Below are positions 1 to 6,128 of a stretch of DNA of 7,255 bases, in pieces. The notes beneath the pieces are model-generated. The model was not told the DNA's origin. It was given only the letters and a program-made list of their open reading frames with translations, and did no database searches. A program made the translations under genes and the position numbers. This DNA comes from Tubiluchus corallicola (taxonomy: Eukaryota; Animalia; Priapulida): contig JAQGDQ010002233.1 in the NCBI GenBank assembly GCA_030141605.1, positions 1 to 7,255 of the forward strand, in the 5' to 3' direction. Numbering within the stretch: the first letter of the stretch is position 1; the number at the start of each line of letters is the position of its first letter.

Positions 1-3
1 TAT

Positions 4-273
4 CTTCGAACACTCCTTTATTGCCTCAAAGACTGTCCTAGCATCGAACTCTCCTTTATTACATCGAAGACTGTCCTAGCTTCGAACACTCCTTTATTGC
101 CTCAAAGACTGTCCTAGCATCGAACTCTCCTTTATTACATCGAAGACTGTCCTAGCTTCGAACACTCCTTTATTACCTCAAAGACTGTCCTAGCTTCGAA
201 CACTCCTTTATTACCTCAAAGACTGTCCTAGCATCGAACACTCCTTTATTACCTCAAAGACTGTCCTAGCTTC
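4..273. repeat. 38-bp minisatellite, 7 full units plus a 4-nt partial unit; may extend left of the window
   Basis: Units start at 4, 42, 80, 118, 156, 194 and 232. Consensus is CWTCGAACACTCCTTTATTRCCTCAAAGACTGTCCTAG. Units are head-to-tail with no spacers. Confidence 0.97.
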
Positions 274-888
274 CCCACCACGAATAAACAGATAAGTTGT
301 CTCTCGGTGTTGCATGAAAAAATCTTATCAGCTGAATACTTTTACACACGTGACTTTCAACTCTCCGTCCAGTTTATGACCAGAAAACCGTATGTGCTAA
401 GTGTTTCGGTGAAATTTACAACACAATTTGAAGAAAAATTCGTCTAAATCGTCACTCTGGTTCTGTTTTCCAACGTCACCAACTGCAAAAACGCAACGCT
501 ATCAATCCGTAACAACTTCAGCATCTCATAATATGCAAACCTGTCAACGCACCGTCCTCAAACACAAGTGTGAAAAGTGAGTCACTTCCCTTCGCATTCC
601 CTTTCTCTGATTCTTTTGTTTTTACTGTACGCAAGACCTGTGCTAAGCCTGCAGAACCCGTTGCGCGATGGTGTTGTGTACACTTGCTTGTTTACGGGAC
701 TCAACTCCAATGGCAGGTACCATTCTTACCAACAAACAAATAGTAGACAAGAGTAAATCCTTATTTGGTTATACTAGTCAAAGCACGTTATTTTATACGA
801 GACTAGTATGGGCTATACGCCGTAGAAAATGGAAGCAAGGCGTTTTCATTTTAAATTTCCCGCAATACTCTTCCGACGGCGCCATTAC

Positions 889-901
889 ATATATATATAT
901 A
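889..901. repeat. (AT)6 microsatellite, left flank of the RTE element
   Basis: Read directly: ATATATATATATA. Confidence 0.9.
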
Positions 902-1399
902 AAACCTAGCCACTGGGGGGGGGGCGGAAAGCCAGCCCAACTCAGTGCCGGTCCCAAGCCCGGATAAATAGGGAGGGTTAGGGTCAGGAAGAGCATCCGC
1001 CTGTAAAAACTGCGCCAAAACATTCTATGAATGAGTCGGTGAGACTTAAAGGTAAAGCCCGCAAAGAAGTGGTCAGACCCTCTCTAATCTATGGGCTGAA
1101 AGCAGCTTCTCTAAAGAAGACCGAAGAGAAGAAAATGGGTGTGGTGGAGATGAGGATGTTGAGATGGATGGTGGGAATAACAAGAAGAGATAAAATTAGA
1201 AATAATAATATCAGAGGAACGGTAAAAGTAGTGGAAGCCTCGCAAGATTGCGATGGTATGGACACCTGAAAAGAAGAGTCGGTGAAGATCATGTGGGAAG
1301 GGAAGACATAAATGAAGAGATGGTCAACAACAGGAATGCGCAGAGAAGACTCATTCACAACGGCGACCCCGAATAGGGAAAAGCTGGGAAGAAGAAGAA
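902..1399 (+). mobile_element. Non-autonomous, internally deleted (bipartite) RTE-clade non-LTR retroposon, Rex3/Expander-like
   Basis: The 5' part (~911-1020) contains GGTCCCAAGCCCGGATAAATAGGGAGGGTTAGGGTCAGGAAGAGCATCCGCCTGTAAAAA, which I recognise as the RTE 5'-UTR conserved block. It joins directly to the post-RT ORF C-terminus. The element ends in GGCGACCCCGAATAGGGAAAAGCTG (3' stem-loop) plus a (GAA)4 tail at 1388-1399. (AT)n flanks both sides. Confidence 0.88.
1027..1376 (+). pseudogene. Frameshifted, deleted C-terminal remnant of an RTE ORF (region downstream of the RT domain)
   Basis: The frame from 1027 gives RLKGKARKEVVRPSLIYG...EMRMLRWMVGITRRDKIRNNNIRG. A different frame from 1245 gives RLRWYGHLKRR...RRLIHNGDPE* (stop 1374-1376). 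These match the RTE motifs VRPxxxYG, EMxMLRW, RLRWxGH and terminal GDP. No endonuclease or RT core is present. Confidence 0.88.
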
Positions 1400-1420
1400 T
1401 ATATATATATATATATATAT
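1399..1420. repeat. (AT)11 microsatellite between the RTE tail and the LINE 3' end
   Basis: Read directly from the sequence. Confidence 0.95.
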
Positions 1421-1422
1421 CA

Positions 1423-1680
1423 TTATTTGTCATTAAAATGGTTCACTTATTATAATAAAATTGAGTAAGCCTCAGCGTAATGTTAAGATAACAACACTGT
1501 TCAAGACAAATGCGTCCAGTGCAGACTAAAAAAAACTAAAGTGCAAAACTAAGACCTAATTATATACAATAAATGAACATATTTACAAACACCATATTAA
1601 AATATTTTTACAAAACAATATTACAAAAGTACATTAAATTTTACATGACACAATTAACAGAAACATGCTTTACATTACAT
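1423..1680 (-). mobile_element. 5'-truncated CR1/L2-group LINE 3'-UTR fragment (copy 1)
   Basis: Aligns with 3960-4249 with 6 substitutions in 258 nt plus one 32-bp indel. That second copy is contiguous with a LINE ORF2 C-terminus. Confidence 0.8.
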
Positions 1681-2208
1681 GACGTCACTACCCCACATAA
1701 ATCAGGAAGAAAAGGAAATGCTAAATTATGACCTAAAAAACTTTACGTGCAAATCTGTATTACTCAGCTACCTTTAGTTTTTTTTAATACTGTAAAGATT
1801 GTAGTTTCTCCACATAGATACAGTAACAGTTACTACAGTATTTGTTTATCACGTCATCATAAGGGGGACCTCACAGTTTCCTTAGAGTAGGGGTCCCAAA
1901 AGATCAGTCGTCCTGGCCAGTGATCCGTATTCAACACTGGAGAGGACAATTATATATACTGCATGCGTTGTGATAAAACTCCAGACATGAAAAAACATTA
2001 CTGACGTGTATTCCATGACTACAGGCTGGTACAGTATGTTTCTGATAGAAATTCTTCGTGGAATTCATACTAATTTTATCTACTGTAGTTGGTTACTTAC
2101 AACACATTCAAAAAACATTTAAACATCAGTAAAATATTCAGGTACGAAGGTATTTCCAGATGTTTCATGCGGACGTGTAAGTTATACCAGCAAACTAAAA
2201 TCTAACCA

Positions 2209-2614
2209 TGGCATTTTTGCATTAAGCTTGGCACTTTTGCATTAAGTTTGGCATTTTTGTACTAAGCTTGGCATTTTTGCATTAAGTTTGGCATTTTTGC
2301 ACTAAGTTTGGCATTTTTGTACTAAGTTTGGCATTTTTGCAATAAGTTTGGCATTTTGCATTAAGTTTGGCATTTTTGTAGTCAGTTTGGCATTTTTGCA
2401 TTAAGTTTGGCATTTTTGTACTAAGTTTGGCATTTTTGCACTAAGTTTGGCATTTTTGTACTAAGTTTGACATTTTTGCATTAAGTTCGGCATTTTTGTA
2501 GTAAGTTTGGCATTTTTGCATTAAGTTTGGCATTTTTGCATTAAGTTTGGCATCTTTGCATTAAGTTTGGCATTTTTTACTAAGTTTGGCATTTTTGCAC
2601 TAAGTTTGGCATTT
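2209..2614. repeat. 20-bp minisatellite, 20 units plus a partial unit
   Basis: Consensus is GGCATTTTTGCATTAAGTTT. Two units are 19 bp (starting 2350 and 2569). Variation is mostly at unit positions 11-14 (CATT/TACT/CACT/TAGT/CAAT). Confidence 0.98.
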
Positions 2615-2815
2615 CCACACTCATAAGTCCAAGAATATAAAACAACTAAGCAACAGACGTCAAATCGCGCTTACTAAACATGTTTTTCTTTCTTGTGTTT
2701 ACAAACAATCCAATAAAATTTATACATCGTCATGAATTTTAATGACCAGCCGGTTTTACAATCAGCTGCCCTGGAATTTTCATTTCCTTCGTAACTTACA
2801 TAATAAACATACGAC

Positions 2816-2837
2816 ACAGCAGCTTCATAGCTGCTGT
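2816..2837. repeat. Perfect 9-bp-stem hairpin
   Basis: ACAGCAGCT-TCAT-AGCTGCTGT. Confidence 0.85.
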
Positions 2838-2928
2838 AAATAAATTTAATTAATATAATACTATAAAAAAAATATCAAATTTTATAAACTAATCAAGCTA
2901 CGCAGCCCATACCCTTTTATAGGGATAA

Positions 2929-2976
2929 TGTTAAATAAATAAAATTGCATGTAGGTAAAATTTTATTTATTTAACA
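2929..2976. repeat. Perfect 18-bp AT-rich inverted repeat with a 12-nt spacer
   Basis: TGTTAAATAAATAAAATT (2929-2946) and AATTTTATTTATTTAACA (2959-2976). Confidence 0.9.
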
Positions 2977-3176
2977 AAACTATTTAGTTGGCGTAATTGT
3001 GTACATTTGTTTATGCTTTGTTTACATGCGCTATTTTCTTTCTTTTGCTTTCTAGTGTGTATCTACATTTTTCTATACCTAAATGTATTTGTCTAGATCA
3101 AATCGCAATTCTTTTGATACTAATTATGATTTTATAACTACAACGAAATCTTTCATCGTCACAAATCAAGTTTCTC

Positions 3177-3305
3177 TCAAATCAAATAATAATCTTTTAT
3201 TTATCTTGCAACACACACACAGTTATAATACTATTCTTTTGGAAACAAAAATGTGAAGAAAGGGCAGCGAAAGACCAATTGGTCATCTAGTCAGCTGCCC
3301 TTTGG
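3177..3305 (-). mobile_element. Probable extreme 3' end of a second CR1/L2-group LINE or LINE-tailed SINE family
   Basis: The minus strand reads as a 10-bp GC stem AAAGGGCAGC...GCTGCCCTTT (3259-3303) enclosing the palindrome GACCAATTGGTC. AATAAA (3196-3201) follows, then a simple tail GATTATTATTTGATTTGA. The terminus AATAAA(A)GATTATT is shared with the copy at 5221-5234. No coding remnant is present. Confidence 0.55.
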
Positions 3306-3365
3306 TTAGTGATGAACATTTTTATAAGCGTAATAAGTGGGGATGATATCTCTGATAGAATAAGT

Positions 3366-3541
3366 GGTCATACCACAGGGCTCTTGGTTGACACCTCCAT
3401 CGATGGAACTGTAGAGTACGCACAATACTAAGTACGATAGCCGATAGATGGTAGATATTGTATGATTAGTTATATGGCTGTACAGTATACCATAAAAATG
3501 CTGCATGGAGTAGCGAGCTCCAAGAAGCTTGTGGTATGACC
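3366..3541. mobile_element. Putative 176-bp MITE, superfamily unassigned
   Basis: Terminal inverted repeats are GGTCATACCACAGGGCTCTTGG (3366-3387) and CCAAGAAGCTTGTGGTATGACC (3520-3541), 19/22 matching with the outer 12 perfect. An inner CTCCAT/ATGGAG pair lies at 3395-3400 and 3505-3510. There is no clean target-site duplication. Confidence 0.65.
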
Positions 3542-3944
3542 CATCTGAGAGTCCTTTTTTGCAAAATTAGATTTTGGTTTGAAAGCTTTTTCATCTCCAA
3601 TGTTGACCAGACATTACGTTTAAAAATTTTCAAAATCAAAATTGGAAATTTTCTGAAGTCTCAAAATTCTTTTTTGGAAGTCTGACATACAAACAAACAT
3701 TAGAAATACAAACTGTAGATATTTTTTGAGTTTTATACGCTCTTTAGTTTTAAAAATTACTTAAAATGACCAGAAAAACCAAGGTTTCTATTTTTAAGTA
3801 AAATCAGGAAGTCACAGGTTTTAAAATGGCAGACTGACGAAAGAATATTCAAGATCTGCAAGGCTGGTGCTCTCTTTTTTGGAAGCAACTTTAAGCCTCC
3901 TAATAGCAGCATATCACCATCCAGCTTTCACTCTTTTGCATTTA

Positions 3945-4600
3945 ATATATATTAATTCTTTATTTGTCACTAAAATGGTTCACTCATTATAATAAAATTG
4001 AGTAAGCCTCAGCGTAATGTTAAGATAACAACACTGTTCAAGACAAATGCGTCCAGTTCATACTAACAAAAACTAAAGTGCAAAACTAAGGCCTAATTAT
4101 ATACAATAAATGAACATATTTACAAACACCATATTAAAATATTTTTACAAAACAATATTACAAAAGTACATTAAATTTTACATGACATATTTTACACTAT
4201 ATATGCATTTGACATGACACAATTAACAGAAACATGCTTTACATTACATAAAATTCACTCATTACATTTACACTATTTATACCTTTGACATTACAAAACT
4301 GACATAACACGTATTACATTACGTAATTTCTTTTTAAAATTTTACATTTTTAATCGTTTTATGGAGTCAGGGGCGGGGGTAGATGAAAGTTGAGTCTGTG
4401 TAATTAGTATCAGATGCACAATGTGGAAGTTGAAACCTGTTATATTGATGTTCTTTTAATTTCTTTTTAAAGTGGTGGAGAGATTCTATTTGTTTTATTC
4501 CACTGGGTAGTAAGTTCCATAAATGTATGGCCTGTTTTGATATAGAGTTATTTCCAAATTTGCTGTTTACTGCAATTTGCTTTAAATTGTGTGTTGTAAT
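3945..4600 (-). mobile_element. 5'-truncated CR1/L2-group LINE (copy 2): ORF2 C-terminus plus ~400-nt 3' UTR
   Basis: Coding remnant at 4600-4367, followed by an AT-rich UTR, AATAAA at 3959-3964 (minus strand) and a short TA-rich tail. The 5' truncation point is approximate, and I found no TSD. Confidence 0.85.
4367..4600 (-). pseudogene. LINE ORF2 C-terminal fragment, not in the supplied ORF track
   Basis: Manual translation gives ITTHNLKQIAVNSKFGNNSISKQAIHLWNLLPSGIKQIESLHHFKKKLKEHQYNRFQLPHCASDTNYTDSTFIYPRP*. It contains the LWNxLP..IK...SL..FK..LK signature of CR1/L2-group ORF2 C-termini. Confidence 0.87.
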
Positions 4601-4834
4601 AACTAAAAGTAGTGCAGTGCATGAAATCAGCGTGACACGAAGTTCGAAAGAGAGGCTTGAACTTGCATTTCTGGGTCACTTTGCCGGAAGAAAACAAATG
4701 CGTGCTTCATAGTATCCTGCACTTGTGAGCACTTGAAACTTTATGCATTAATACTGTACTTACGCGCTGACGTACAGTTAGCTAAGCACACAGCAAGTCT
4801 GCCAATAATTTAGAACTAATTAGCCTAGTTACAC

Positions 4835-4910
4835 TGCAACTTCTGCAATTCTTTGTAGCCTAAAGCTACAGTTGCAAATTGTCCAATTCTTTGTAGCCTA
4901 AAGCTACAGT
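4835..4910. repeat. 38-bp tandem duplication (2 units, 35/38 identical)
   Basis: TGCAACTTCTGCAATTCTTTGTAGCCTAAAGCTACAGT (4835-4872) and TGCAAATTGTCCAATTCTTTGTAGCCTAAAGCTACAGT (4873-4910). Confidence 0.92.
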
Positions 4911-5046
4911 GACTGATTAGTGATCTTACCTACCTCCACGTTTAAGTTAAAACATAACACAAAGCATACGTACTTTAGCTCTGTTTAGCTCTACAAAAAA
5001 TTATATATCAGGTCTAGTTGAAGAAAGGCGATTGACGCCCCCATCT

Positions 5047-5085
<39 letters not shown>

Positions 5086-5174
5086 AGGACTACTATACAA
5101 CAATATAGTATAGTATAGTAGTATAGTTGTATAGTAGTCCTTGATATATATTAATATATAAATATATATATATG

Positions 5175-5221
<47 letters not shown>
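5047..5221. repeat. Compound (TA)n microsatellite interrupted by a palindromic insert
   Basis: (AT)15 at 5054-5083, a degenerate TA stretch at 5144-5175 and (TA)23 at 5176-5221. Confidence 0.95.
5084..5143. mobile_element. 60-bp palindromic micro-MITE-like element within (TA)n
   Basis: Perfect 18-bp inverted arms CAAGGACTACTATACAAC (5084-5101) and GTTGTATAGTAGTCCTTG (5126-5143) surround a (TATAG)-type core. The dinucleotide AT lies on both flanks. Mobility is inferred, not shown. Confidence 0.6.
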
Positions 5222-5224
<3 letters not shown>

Positions 5225-5356
5225 ATCTTTATTTGACATAAAAATCGATATTCATAACCATAAAAGCATAAAAGAACATCGCAGCATGAGAATAAAATTC
5301 ACACAACTGTTAAAGGCAAATGCGTCCAGTGCAAACTAAAAACTACTGTGCCAAAA
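5222..5356 (-). mobile_element. Diverged subfamily 3'-end fragment of the same LINE family (copy 3)
   Basis: 5306-5342 matches 1496-1532 at 34/37. It lies at a similar distance from a CTTTATTTG poly(A)-signal block and abuts (TA)n like the other copies. The right boundary is uncertain. Confidence 0.7.
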
Positions 5357-5538
5357 ATTTAAATCAAAATATAAATTATAATGTTACACGAAAATTGTAA
5401 TAGACTATATGCTATATATACGTACAATTTAAAATGGACGTGGGGTCTTTGCAAACACCTACAGTAAAGCTCTCAACGTTTCAATGAAACAGTAAAATTA
5501 AACAAAAGTGGTAGATAGCTGTTTAAAAATAAGGTTAA

Positions 5539-5960
5539 CCCTTTCACTCCCAAATTATTTTTGTAACAAGAAAAATTTGTTTGGCTTGGTACTTTTGTTC
5601 CCAATGTATCCTGTGGGATACACGACATTCTTTGTCATATGCAAAAAACAAAGTCGGACTTTTTTACAAACACAACAAAAGCAAAAAATGTGCTTCATTT
5701 TGCAACTGCTGATAAGTATTTAAGACATTTAGTATGCATGCAATGCTGATCTGTACAAAGTCGTCTCTAAAGTACTGTATCTTGCACAGTTTTTTGTGCT
5801 AAGAAGATTTTTTAGTTTGCCATTTTATCACTATTTTTAGTCTATTGTTATTGGCTTAAATCACAATTTACTATTAACAGATCAAATAACTGTCAATTTT
5901 ATTAATTTTAAAGGCAGAAAATATTCTCGTACCCCGAGGGATACAACGGGTATGAAAGGG
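5539..5960. mobile_element. 422-bp non-autonomous piggyBac-type MITE
   Basis: TTAA at 5535-5538 and 5961-5964 forms the TSD. TIRs are CCCTTTCACTCCC and GGGTATGAAAGGG (11/13, outer 8 perfect, CCC...GGG ends). Subterminal palindromes GTAYCC-N4-GGATAC lie at 5606-5621 and 5929-5944. No transposase ORF is present. Confidence 0.88.
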
Positions 5961-6007
5961 TTAAACTTTAAAACAAAATTTGAAAAACGAGGAAAGGAAA
6001 GACTTAC

Positions 6008-6128
6008 GCAAGTCGTACCGGTCCCGTCTTCTGAATTCTCGGCGTCATGAAGTGTGCTTTCATTTTGCAGTGGGTCACTATATTTAATCTTATAACACCT
6101 GATTCTAACACGATCGAAGCACTTGGTA
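6008..6128 (-). other. Candidate 121-nt spliced exon of an unidentified host transcript
   Basis: On the minus strand a T-rich tract ends TTTTTCAG| (AG at 6130-6129) and a donor |GTAAGT starts at 6007. One frame is open throughout. An AAAATG start in another frame gives MKAHFMTPRIQKTGPVRL. I recognise no homology. Confidence 0.35.

Noticed and set aside
4-273. CRISPR array (repeat length is CRISPR-like)
   Set aside because: Units are contiguous with no unique spacers, no cas genes are present, and the context is eukaryotic.
369-460. Degenerate TIR pair CCAGTTTATGACCAGA ... CGTCACTCTGG
   Set aside because: The match is too short and gapped, and there is no TSD.
978-983. Telomeric TTAGGG
   Set aside because: It is a single unit inside the RTE 5' block.
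668-1433. ORFs 668-967(+), 793-1023(-) and 1089-1433(-) as genes
   Set aside because: They run through (TA)n microsatellites and the RTE UTR, or are antisense shadows of the RTE remnant. None has recognisable domains.
1865-1938. GGGACC...GGTCCC hairpin and CAACACTG as a DNA-transposon end
   Set aside because: I found no partner TIR or TSD in the window.
2209-2614. CRISPR-like or coding repeat
   Set aside because: The variable part is only ~4 nt and recurrent. The 20-bp period is not a multiple of 3, and TAA stops recur.
2816-2860. Helitron 3' terminus
   Set aside because: The hairpin is not followed by CTRR at the expected distance on either strand.
3834-3870. Hammerhead ribozyme core CTGACGA
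   Set aside because: No stem II followed by GAAA, and no stems I/III, could be built.
4930-4990. Minus-strand coding exon (TTTGTAG acceptor, GTAAGA donor)
   Set aside because: All three frames contain stops, and such splice-like motifs arise often by chance in AT-rich DNA.
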